The position numbers and the translations under genes were made by a program. This document shows positions 1 through 9,009 of a stretch of 64,000 nucleotides of DNA, piece after piece. Within the stretch, counting starts at the first letter, position 1. The number at the start of each line of letters is the position of its first letter. Source of the stretch: Thermoplasmata archaeon (GTDB lineage Archaea; Thermoplasmatota; Thermoplasmata; GCA-020350865); the NCBI GenBank assembly GCA_020348445.1, contig CP070751.1:3089702-3153701 (forward strand), written 5' to 3'. The notes below the pieces were generated by a model. It had not been told where the DNA came from. It saw only the letters and a list, made by a program, of their open reading frames with translations, and made no database searches.

Positions 1-1250
1 CCTACAAAAGTATCCTCGGCTGGCGTTGGGCCAGTATAGTTATATCCAGCTGCATAGATCATGAGGGGATCGCCAACATTCCATATCTGATCTTGAATCT
101 CATTAGCTAAATCACCATCCGGGGTATCTAGTAATTTTATATAATCAACAACAGGTGTCCTGATTATCACTGTGAAATTATCCTTGACATTTAGCGTTTC
201 ATTTTCCCCTGTGATGTCCACCGAACCGCCCTCATAATATGCATAAAATGCAGTAAGGGTATCTTTGTCGGGAAGGCAGTAACCCAGTGTATCTAGGTCA
301 GGGGTCCAATTCACTTCTACAACGCCCACAAACTCTCCAAGGGGTTCTGTGCCATTGTAACCACAGGCATAGACGGTAATTGTGGTTTCACCTATATTTA
401 TTGTTATGCTGTCTACTTCCGCTCCTAAATCAGAAGGAGCATCCCTGATAACGATATAGTCTACTGTTTTATCGCTTATGTTGGAGATCATCATCATCGA
501 TCCTTCACCAAGATACATACATTCATAATTATCTATGTTTAATGGATTATTGAAGGTATAACCTACAAAACATACCTTCAGGGCATAATAATATGAACTA
601 TTTGGTGATACCGAGGTATCATTAAATTCTGTACCAATTACAGGGTTGTCCTTATTGCCGCTGACCAAACTCCAGGTACCACTTTCATTTGTCGGGCTTC
701 TGTATACGGTATAGCCCGCGATTAATACGTCAGGATCATAGAGGGGATCCCAAGAGAATTCTATGAAGTTTGAACCATTGTTAATGAATTTAAGAACAGG
801 TATTTTCCTAAGTGTCATATTGGGGAAATTCTGACTACCAAGTTCATCAAGGATGTTCTTCGAGTAGGCAACATATCCTGCTCTTTTTCCATCCAGATAT
901 GTTCCGTTTTCTTGGTTTACTATCGTTATCCCAGGATCGCCTTCTAACCATCCCGGGATTACGTCCGAGATCTCAAAGTTATAGAAATCCCCAAGTAGAG
1001 GGTTAGGATTATATTGCATAAAATCGCCGTCTGTACCATTGTTCGTTCTATTTTGGATGTAGAAATCTACATACCCATTCTTGGCTGGATCAGGGTCGTA
1101 TGCCCTAACACCTGTTGTAACATTCTCATTAACTGATCCATTTATTATCTTTAACATCCCGGGCGCCGTAACGAATGTAAAGGCCGGTATCATCGATCCA
1201 ATGACAAACAACAGCACCACAAAGAGTCCCAATTTCCTTTTCCCAAACAT
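1..1250 (-). CDS. Secreted/surface protein with FN3-like domain (3' end runs off window; not in ORF track)
   Basis: Manual translation from ATG at 1250 gives MFGKRKLGLFVVLLFVIGSMIPAF (signal peptide). The frame is open through FSWDPLYDPDVLIAGYTVYRS...YYYALKV (FN3-like) and VDYIVIRDAP; I translated it by hand to about nt 420. AGGTTGA RBS-like motif upstream. Confidence 0.75.
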   Translation of the reverse strand, partial: MFGKRKLGLFVVLLFVIGSMIPAFTFVTAPGMLKIINGSVNENVTTGVRAYDPDPAKNGYVDFYIQNRTNNGTDGDFMQYNPNPLLGDFYNFEISDVIPGWLEGDPGITIVNQENGTYLDGKRAGYVAYSKNILDELGSQNFPNMTLRKIPVLKFINNGSNFIEFSWDPLYDPDVLIAGYTVYRSPTNESGTWSLVSGNKDNPVIGTEFNDTSVSPNSSYYYALKVCFVGYTFNNPLNIDNYECMYLGEGSMMMISNISDKTVDYIVIRDAPSDLGAEVDSITINIGETTITVYACGYNGTEPLGEFVGVVEVNWTPDLDTLGYCLPDKDTLTAFYAYYEGGSVDITGENETLNVKDNFTVIIRTPVVDYIKLLDTPDGDLANEIQDQIWNVGDPLMIYAAGYNYTGPTPAEDTFV

Positions 1251-1347
1251 GTCTATCAACCTTCCTTTTTTTTGATATATCGTTACCTTATACCTCATTT
1301 TTCCAAACTCTACTCGTCCATTATTTTCGAATATCCACAGAGCAGAT

Positions 1348-3609
1348 TTAGAATCCCATAACTTGTGGTTGCCAGTCATATGTTGGTGTTGCAGTTACAT
1401 CGAACATTACTGCATCCAATGGGGAAGGATATATGTCGTAATCACCGTTCCAACCTATAATCCCTCCATAATCCCGATTCTCCCATCGGTTAATTGTATA
1501 ATTCCACCGGCTCACAGTTCCAATCTTAGAATCGTCAGGGAATTCACTGGTGATATCTGAGAATCTCTGGTATGTCCTGTGATATGGTAGAGAAAGCAAC
1601 TTGAAATCGGTGGTAGTTGGATTTGTAAGAAGTTTGAACTCAAAATCGGGGTCGTGGGCACCTACAATATTCCATGTATATGAGGATGCGGTTACATAGA
1701 TAAATATTGCATCACCCTCCTCTATATCGAAGTCATCTATCCATGTTATTGAAACCCAGTTTCGGGTAACATATCTCTGTTCCGTATAATTCCATTTAGC
1801 AACCACAAGGATTTCATTGGCATCTGTGAAACCGTCGTTTGTGATATCAGAGGCTTTTTTATAGTCCGAAATATATGGGATCGACACCCAAAGCCGAGTC
1901 GCAACTGTTTTGTCCAGAACAATCCCATACTTATAACCGACATTTGTGCCTGTCATGTTCTCAAATACACCTTTTTTGTCGTTGGTGGTGTTCACTCTGA
2001 ATACGTAGTTGCTGCCATCTGTTAGCCAACCTGGAAGTATACATCCATCCTCACCGCCAGCAGTTGAGCTGTTTGGCACCATGTATAGATATGGCGAGTA
2101 CTGGAATCCGTTTGAAAGATCAGAGTCATAGTAGATGATATTATACTTAATATAACTCCAGTATAATGTTGGAGAGGTCCAGTTCAGCACTATATCGTCA
2201 GTAGTGCCACCCCAAGCACCTCCACCCTTATGTACCCTCAGGTCCATTGGAGCACCAGGTGTCAAATTGGCGGGAGTTACAGTATACATAACAGTATCGA
2301 TCATCCCAAGATAGCTGACATTTAGCCATACCACGACCAATGGCATGGAACCTACATCAATACCATGGGTTGTATCAGGGGAGCTTCCAAGATCGCCGGC
2401 ATTCCCCCCTCCAACATCCCAAGTACCGATTACGAGCCCTATGAAACCATTGCCTGGGGCAGAAGCATTAAAAGCTGCGCAGAAACCCCATTCCTGGGTG
2501 CCGGGAACCACAGATTTATCTGATAAATTGACAGCTCCACTAGAATCTGTGGTAATTGCTATCCAGTCCACGGTATAAATTATTGTTACTCCAGGTCGCC
2601 CAGTTGCTGCTTGAAGTCCAAAATCAACCTTACAGTTGTCGGTATCTGTGCCGTTTGGAGTCCTTCTGTAGCTCTCATCTGTCAATAAAGCTTCATCGCA
2701 ATCCTCCATTGTTGTGTTGTCGTAATCCCTGTCCTCGGGTGGATCTGTTGGTGAAATGTAATTCTGATAGTAACCCCATTCCACTCTGTCCACTATGACA
2801 TCGGTGTGGTTTGCGATTCCATCTGATGAAGTTCCAGGATTCCTCCAGACCAGCTTCACCTCATCGGCAGTGTTCAGTGTGAAAGCCGGGTCCGTGAGAT
2901 TGATATAGTAGATGTTGATTCCTGGTGTAACTGATCCTATCTGTATCACATCGTCCCTGTTGACTTCAAAATTGAATATATTACCGTAGGGAGTATGGGT
3001 TGTATCATTATCTTTCTGCAGGAAATAATTATCCTCTAATTCTATCTCGCTTATATCTCCGCCAGGATCATGTATAAAGAGATATTGAGGACCAGAAGCA
3101 GGGTCCAGCACGATCTCATTTATTTTCAAGCCTCTAAGATGCGTATCACCGCCGATACCGGGATCCTGATCTGTTTCTGTGTCGAAACGCAGGTCCACTG
3201 CCTCATAATCTGATTTGTTGAAGTAGGATGTCCAGTTCGCGATGGTGAAGGTATAATCACTTGGGTCGTAATCCAAGAAAAACTGGATTTCGTCGCCATC
3301 GTAACCTCCTTCCTTGACAGAGTCGTTCTCTGGGATGCCCCACCAGTCCCCTTCCACATACAAATCGAACTCTCCCGTGTCTGATGTGAAGTTTTTACCG
3401 TAGCACACACCGTCGATCCAGGCCGATATCTCGGTGTTGAGTGATGGGGATTGCATACCCTCATCCGGGCCGGCATATGCTTTTCCATATGTGTTGTGTT
3501 GCCGCCCCATTGCCGCTACATCTCCAATGAGACCAATTGGCGCAAAAGACGCTACAACAAATATTCCCAATACCAAGACACTTACGAAGTTTATGGTTCT
3601 CCTATCCAT
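1348..3609 (-). CDS. Secreted surface protein (lamin-tail-like segment, FN3-like domain, duplicated C-terminal domain)
   Basis: 753-aa ORF with N-terminal signal peptide. LKINEI motif, FN3-like IVLNWTS..YNIIY..YVFRV segment, two C-terminal units starting LWVSIPY / LLSLPY. Many NxS/T sequons. Confidence 0.78.
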   Translation of the reverse strand: MDRRTINFVSVLVLGIFVVASFAPIGLIGDVAAMGRQHNTYGKAYAGPDEGMQSPSLNTEISAWIDGVCYGKNFTSDTGEFDLYVEGDWWGIPENDSVKEGGYDGDEIQFFLDYDPSDYTFTIANWTSYFNKSDYEAVDLRFDTETDQDPGIGGDTHLRGLKINEIVLDPASGPQYLFIHDPGGDISEIELEDNYFLQKDNDTTHTPYGNIFNFEVNRDDVIQIGSVTPGINIYYINLTDPAFTLNTADEVKLVWRNPGTSSDGIANHTDVIVDRVEWGYYQNYISPTDPPEDRDYDNTTMEDCDEALLTDESYRRTPNGTDTDNCKVDFGLQAATGRPGVTIIYTVDWIAITTDSSGAVNLSDKSVVPGTQEWGFCAAFNASAPGNGFIGLVIGTWDVGGGNAGDLGSSPDTTHGIDVGSMPLVVVWLNVSYLGMIDTVMYTVTPANLTPGAPMDLRVHKGGGAWGGTTDDIVLNWTSPTLYWSYIKYNIIYYDSDLSNGFQYSPYLYMVPNSSTAGGEDGCILPGWLTDGSNYVFRVNTTNDKKGVFENMTGTNVGYKYGIVLDKTVATRLWVSIPYISDYKKASDITNDGFTDANEILVVAKWNYTEQRYVTRNWVSITWIDDFDIEEGDAIFIYVTASSYTWNIVGAHDPDFEFKLLTNPTTTDFKLLSLPYHRTYQRFSDITSEFPDDSKIGTVSRWNYTINRWENRDYGGIIGWNGDYDIYPSPLDAVMFDVTATPTYDWQPQVMGF

Positions 3610-3994
3610 CTCCTTCCCTCCGGATTTACACTCATTCTGTGCTGGAATTTATTACGGTGCCAGCACGTCCACCTTTGAAAACTTTGAGCATTTCTATCAT
3701 GCACATATCTCCATTAGCTTATTTAAATATTCTGTTACAATCTTGTAAGACTATGTACATCCGCCCTGCCTATTTCATCTCCATAGTACTGCTGAGTAAT
3801 TGCCAATAGGGTACTTAACTGTTTTGTTTACCCTTATTAATTATAGAGGAGTTAATATGCTGGCTAAAAGGATATTTCGATTTTTTTAATTTAAATACTA
3901 GAAAAAACAACCATGAATTTACGATTTTGTTATTTCCTCTTTTTAATTTATTATTTAATAGAAAAAATATCTGTGAATTCGACTGAGGAAAAGT

Positions 3995-5065
3995 TCAATT
4001 GCCATTGTAGTATCTGTAACTGTCCAGTTTTACAGGAGATTTGACTGAGCGTCTCTTCCCTGCAAAATGCAGCCTGACACCTGTTATCGCCACAGCCAAA
4101 ACCAGACCCAGCATATAGAAAATTTGTCCAAAGGAATCTGCTGGTTGGGTCACGATAACAACCATGTGCATGCTGGTTGACTCGCCAGAAGTATCCTTGG
4201 CTGTCACTATTAATATTTCCTCGCCTGTCCAATCATCAGGAACAGTGAGTTTCAACTTCCCATTTTCTTGGTTTATCTCGGTTTTTATTCGGTTGTTGCC
4301 CGAGATTTGATATGTAAGAATATCATTATCGACATCGGTAAAGTAGCCCTTCAAATCCAATGTTTTCTCCTGGTTATTCCCGTTAATACTAATTGAGGTG
4401 AAGCCCGATGCGCAATTAGGGGCGTCGTTCACAGGTACCACGGTGACAAGAATAGTATCTATAATGTCAGCTTCGCCGTCGGAAGCTGTGAACGTTATCT
4501 CCTCGGAGCCGTGCCAGTCTTTGGGAGCCGAGAGATCCACAAGACCACTTTCGTCTATTTGAACGATAATATAATTGCTCGAGCTTGAAAATGAAACTGT
4601 CCCATCTATGTCCATATAATGATTATGGAGGTTTATGGCTTCTTCCAAAACCGTATCCTCATTAAATTCCTGATCAGATAACGACACAAGACGCTCTGGT
4701 GCGTCATTTTTGGGCTCCACTGTCACTAAAATGGTATCGCTGATTTCATGTTCCCCGTCCGATGCTATGAACGTGACTTCATCAGAACCATACCAATTTT
4801 CGGGAGCCGACAAATCCACGCTACCATCCTCGTGGATCGTAACCTCGACCTTATTATCACAGCTTACCCATGAAAAGTGTATTGGGCTCAAATCACTTGA
4901 AAAATGATCGTTAAGGTTTATTTCGCTTGGAGCGATTTGATCCTCCTCCAGGGGTACATCCTCAATTGGCGTGTTAATTATAAGATTGGCTGAGGATGTG
5001 GGAGAGGATGCGAATATCAATATGAGGACCGCAATCGTCACAAGTAACAATCTCGTTATCTTCAA
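3995..5065 (-). CDS. Membrane-anchored protein with three cadherin-like (tandem-95/Big_9-type) repeats
   Basis: Signal peptide, three ~90-aa repeats joined by V.P.NDAP, C-terminal TM helix (IFYMLGLVLAVAITGV) and basic tail. Confidence 0.8.
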   Translation of the reverse strand: MKITRLLLVTIAVLILIFASSPTSSANLIINTPIEDVPLEEDQIAPSEINLNDHFSSDLSPIHFSWVSCDNKVEVTIHEDGSVDLSAPENWYGSDEVTFIASDGEHEISDTILVTVEPKNDAPERLVSLSDQEFNEDTVLEEAINLHNHYMDIDGTVSFSSSSNYIIVQIDESGLVDLSAPKDWHGSEEITFTASDGEADIIDTILVTVVPVNDAPNCASGFTSISINGNNQEKTLDLKGYFTDVDNDILTYQISGNNRIKTEINQENGKLKLTVPDDWTGEEILIVTAKDTSGESTSMHMVVIVTQPADSFGQIFYMLGLVLAVAITGVRLHFAGKRRSVKSPVKLDSYRYYNGN

Positions 5066-5138
5066 AGCTTTTCCTCCAACAAGAAGAAAGGCACCTCTGT
5101 CTCTTCAGTTTCAGAATACTCCTTTTTACTACTTAAGT

Positions 5139-5158
5139 GTTTTAGAACAATTTTTGAA
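5139..5158 (-). promoter_or_regulatory. Conserved 20-bp upstream element (copy 1) abutting a TATA-like box
   Basis: GTTTTAGAACAATTTTTGAA is identical to 7776-7795, and both copies begin 74 nt from the ATG of the downstream minus-strand gene. It overlaps the inverted repeat TAGAACA-N9-TGTTCTA. Confidence 0.65.
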
Positions 5159-5218
5159 TGTTCTATCCTGAAAGACATGAGGTGTTCTCCTTTAGGTTGT
5201 TTTTTATCATTTGTTGGA

Positions 5219-7702
5219 TTAATTGGTAACTACCCATGTGCAGGTCTCTGTAGCATGTATCCAGAATCCATCTCCCGGATCCATGTAATCGCTGCCTGTG
5301 AGTCTAACTTCCTTGTCCTTTGTGGTATCGAAGCGCTCCACCATGTTGTATTGGCCCGATATCGATGATAGGGCGTCGTCCCTCAATTGGGCCGTAAGAC
5401 ATGGATTGCCAACCAGATTCCAGCCTGATTTCAGGCTTATCTGAACTTCGGAGGCCACTTTGCCCACTGTTACAAGGTGATCAGCCACGATCATATCAAT
5501 GTAATACCCTCTTGTATGATCGATCTCGATTACATCGTTGAAATAGTTGGGTTTCCACCTGTGCCAATGCAACCAGGGCCTGGACTTACCTGCATGATAG
5601 CCTTGAACAGTTGCATAGTTATTTCCTAAGGTTTGCAGCACAGTTTCCCTCGAAGTATCGCTCTGGACCAGAGGAACTGAGATCATGTTCCAACCACTAT
5701 CAAGAGAGCTTACGAACTTGCCTACTTTATTGTTATTATCGTCTTCCAGACCATCAGAATCCTTAGCTTTGACTATATAGAAGTAGTTGTTCCATTCACC
5801 GTCGCCCAAACCAGAATCGATCCATGAATATGTGGGGGAATCATCCGCGGGCACCGAGCCAGCCTCAGAATATGGGCCATTTACCGATTCTGCCCTGTAG
5901 ATGATGTACTCCACAACATCGTCGGCTCCTGCGCCGTCGTCCCCAGATGCTCCCCAGGAAAGCTCTATTTCCTCGAGGTTGCTTCCCACAAGGGCTATTT
6001 CCAAGTCAACAGGTGGAAGAGGCTTCTTGGGTGGTGGAATACCAGGACCAAGATCGATGACAACAAATTTACTCATGTCCATGAAGGGCTCCGCATAACC
6101 TACCTCGGAATCTTGGCTTGCCGTTATGTTGTGGGGCGTATAAAACACCCAATCAGTTCGATTCCTTATGTACTCAGTTACCACGATCCATTTTACCCTA
6201 CCGGTGGAATCGGTCTTGTAATCCTGCGTCCATGTGCCGTTTTCGTTGTCCGAGACAGTGACATCTGCCCCGGGAACAGGTCCGCTGCCATTGATAACCA
6301 GGATATGTAGATACCAGTTCACCTCCAAAGTCGATGGGTCATCAGAAAAGTAGACGTCTTCATGGTTGAAGGTCGTGTTCAGGGTGGTGACATAGGAATC
6401 GTACGAAAGAAGGAAATCCAATGGGTCGCTTGACACTATCTCGCTGTCAATTACCTCGATCTCAGAGGCGTTTGCCCGAACCGCGAAATCATTGTCATTG
6501 AAATAGCATTTATATATCCTGGGTGTGGAAATATGGGAATAAACGCCGAATTGATTGCCTAAGATATCGTTGGTATCTATGTTTGGATTTGAATTCTCGC
6601 AATATATGCCATTGTAATCATTTGAAATGATATCGTTTCCATATATGCGGGGTGTCAAGTCACCGCCCGGATCCGCTATGAAGCCATAGCATTCGATTCC
6701 ATTTTCAAAGTTGTGGGCAATCCAATTGTTGTATATGCCTCCCCCGGATGTGCTTCCACCCACTCGGCCTTCCACATGAATACCCACTCTGTTTCCTGTT
6801 ATGTTGTTGGTGTCAATGAACGAGTCGAAGCCCAGATCAGCGTATATTCCGTAATTTGGATTACTGTGTATTTCATTATAATTTATTTGCATATAGGTCT
6901 GGTTCCAATAATCTCCTCCTTCCACGTAGATACCGTATACTGAATTATTAAAAAAGTAGTTATTTAGTAAATATAGATAGAGCGCTTTTCCCACTCTGAC
7001 ACCGCCAATATTGGAGATAAAATCATTATGTGATACAGAGCCCCAAGAGCCTTCGCTCATATAGATTCCGCCACCTACCGAATATAAGGGATCAGGGTGT
7101 GGGAGTATTCCATTATCAGTGAATGTACTACCTGAAATGACGCAATATCCATTAATAATCTGGACGCCCCAGACATTTGATGTAAAATCGCTGTATGTTA
7201 TCCCAGAGAGCATTGTGTCATTACACATAACTCCGTTCTCTGCCCAGGATATTGAGGTATATAGAATGCTTCCGCCAGAGCCGTTTAGGAAGTATAAACC
7301 ATCCCAATCACCATAGCTCGGATCAGGTTCATTTGATGTTAAGGTGATTGAGCTTACGTTGGTACCAGTTACCCAAAGGTTGCCATGAACATAAAAACCG
7401 GTTCCCGAGTCGAAGTAGATGGTCTGCCCTGGGCTCACGTTTAGCGTGGAATTGCTTGATATGTCTATATCATCGTGCACATAATACAAATCAGGCGTGC
7501 CACTGGTTACGGCACCACTTGAATTTGAAACCAGATCATCCATGTCCCAGTCCACATCACCCGGCATTATGTAACCCACCGCAACATCAGAAGACATTGG
7601 GAGCAGTATGACCAGTCCACAAAAGACCAGCATTGCAGTCAAAATCCCAGACACAAATATTTTCTTTCTTGCTGATAGATTTCTTCCTCTATTATTGTTC
7701 AT
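5219..7702 (-). CDS. Secreted right-handed beta-helix (NosD/CASH-like) protein with FN3-like and duplicated C-terminal domain
   Basis: Signal peptide, many N..GI.. beta-helix repeats (NNSVYGIYV, SNPNYGIY, NFENGIEC), FN3-like segment, two GWN(M/L)(I/V)..P C-terminal units. Confidence 0.85.
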   Translation of the reverse strand: MNNNRGRNLSARKKIFVSGILTAMLVFCGLVILLPMSSDVAVGYIMPGDVDWDMDDLVSNSSGAVTSGTPDLYYVHDDIDISSNSTLNVSPGQTIYFDSGTGFYVHGNLWVTGTNVSSITLTSNEPDPSYGDWDGLYFLNGSGGSILYTSISWAENGVMCNDTMLSGITYSDFTSNVWGVQIINGYCVISGSTFTDNGILPHPDPLYSVGGGIYMSEGSWGSVSHNDFISNIGGVRVGKALYLYLLNNYFFNNSVYGIYVEGGDYWNQTYMQINYNEIHSNPNYGIYADLGFDSFIDTNNITGNRVGIHVEGRVGGSTSGGGIYNNWIAHNFENGIECYGFIADPGGDLTPRIYGNDIISNDYNGIYCENSNPNIDTNDILGNQFGVYSHISTPRIYKCYFNDNDFAVRANASEIEVIDSEIVSSDPLDFLLSYDSYVTTLNTTFNHEDVYFSDDPSTLEVNWYLHILVINGSGPVPGADVTVSDNENGTWTQDYKTDSTGRVKWIVVTEYIRNRTDWVFYTPHNITASQDSEVGYAEPFMDMSKFVVIDLGPGIPPPKKPLPPVDLEIALVGSNLEEIELSWGASGDDGAGADDVVEYIIYRAESVNGPYSEAGSVPADDSPTYSWIDSGLGDGEWNNYFYIVKAKDSDGLEDDNNNKVGKFVSSLDSGWNMISVPLVQSDTSRETVLQTLGNNYATVQGYHAGKSRPWLHWHRWKPNYFNDVIEIDHTRGYYIDMIVADHLVTVGKVASEVQISLKSGWNLVGNPCLTAQLRDDALSSISGQYNMVERFDTTKDKEVRLTGSDYMDPGDGFWIHATETCTWVVTN

Positions 7703-7775
7703 TGTACCTCCGCTCCTAGCGTTTTTTACCTCACCAAGAGGTTATCAATTACCATGTTTCTTGGAGTATATAATA

Positions 7776-7795
7776 GTTTTAGAACAATTTTTGAA
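7776..7795 (-). promoter_or_regulatory. Conserved 20-bp upstream element (copy 2) abutting TTATATA box
   Basis: Identical to 5139-5158. On the minus strand it is followed directly by TATTATATA. Confidence 0.65.
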
Positions 7796-7810
7796 CTGTT
7801 TTAAATAGTG

Positions 7811-8896
7811 TTATATCAAACATCCCCAGGCATGCTCACAGTTTCCCACTCCAGTCCCCACATCCTTTTCAGTGAGCTTAACGTCCTGGCCCTTGAAAGA
7901 GAACTTGGACAATGTGACAGGGTATTCATTATAATACAGTACAGTTTTTATAAAACGGAGCATGGGCTGTTCAAAATACCAGGTGGCCCGGGAATATGAA
8001 TTTAGTGTAAAGGAGATGCTGTTTTCCTTGTTCATACCCTCCAATTTGAATATAGGAAGCCCCGATTCGTCAAAATGCTTTGAGATTTTCGGATTCTTGA
8101 ATTCAAAGGACTTTTCAAGTTCTTTAGAATAGAAACTGATGCTCTTGGAAATGTACTTTTCCCCCCAGTCAAGGTTACTTTTATGGGATTTTTTCCTGCG
8201 GAACATGGGAGGGCCTAAGTGAAGCATGTAGTACTGAAGGTACGAACCGTTTTGCATATGGATCGTTCCCCAGTACCAGGGAGGGATAATGGGTGCAGAG
8301 ATTCTTACCTTCTGGAAATAGGCAGTGCCTGCAACCTCCCCTTCTGTTGTAACATCCTTTATCACTCCCTTCAGGTTCATCCTGCAGATTTTGAGTATAT
8401 CGAATCCGTAACCAAAATAGAAACTGTTTTCCGAGAACTTTTCATCTGAAAGAGTATCATTGGTGGATGTTAGATCAACATGGAATTTGAAATTCTTATT
8501 TTCAAGGTGAACCTTGTATTCACCAGGTCTTCCTGAAAGATAATAATCGGGCTTTGGAGTCGAGGTTAGGATGCCATGGTTCTCTTTTTGTCTGATAGCG
8601 AAAAATCGTTTATCTAAAATCACAGGCTCTTTCATTTTCTTTCCGTCATAATACCAGGCACCAACAGCACCATCAATTATGATCTGGTTCCCCATCTTCT
8701 GCGTTTTTTTCCTTCTGTGCCACCAAGTTTCGTTTATCCTGAACTTATCGCAGTCCTTTGTTGACCACATCACTGCCAATTGTTTTGGCCTGTTTGGGTT
8801 TTCCGGATTTTCCATAAAGAACAGCCAGAACCACCACCACCAACTGCGCTTATGCTGACCGGGCGTTAGGTCCATGTTCCATACGTTGCTATTCAT
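7811..8896 (-). CDS. Conserved hypothetical protein, possibly lipocalin-like/AttH-tocopherol-cyclase-like beta fold
   Basis: 361-aa ORF with good coding character, Trp/aromatic-rich (SWWWWFWLFF, WYWGTIH, EHAWG). The fold assignment is tentative. Confidence 0.55.
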   Translation of the reverse strand: MNSNVWNMDLTPGQHKRSWWWWFWLFFMENPENPNRPKQLAVMWSTKDCDKFRINETWWHRRKKTQKMGNQIIIDGAVGAWYYDGKKMKEPVILDKRFFAIRQKENHGILTSTPKPDYYLSGRPGEYKVHLENKNFKFHVDLTSTNDTLSDEKFSENSFYFGYGFDILKICRMNLKGVIKDVTTEGEVAGTAYFQKVRISAPIIPPWYWGTIHMQNGSYLQYYMLHLGPPMFRRKKSHKSNLDWGEKYISKSISFYSKELEKSFEFKNPKISKHFDESGLPIFKLEGMNKENSISFTLNSYSRATWYFEQPMLRFIKTVLYYNEYPVTLSKFSFKGQDVKLTEKDVGTGVGNCEHAWGCLI

Positions 8897-9009
8897 TGAT
8901 ATTTATCCCCTTACCTGATAATTTCATTTTGTTGGCATAAATTTATGTGAATTTCAAATTGCTTTAATTCCAAATTGTATAAGATTATTTAAAAGTTAAC
9001 CCCTTTTGG

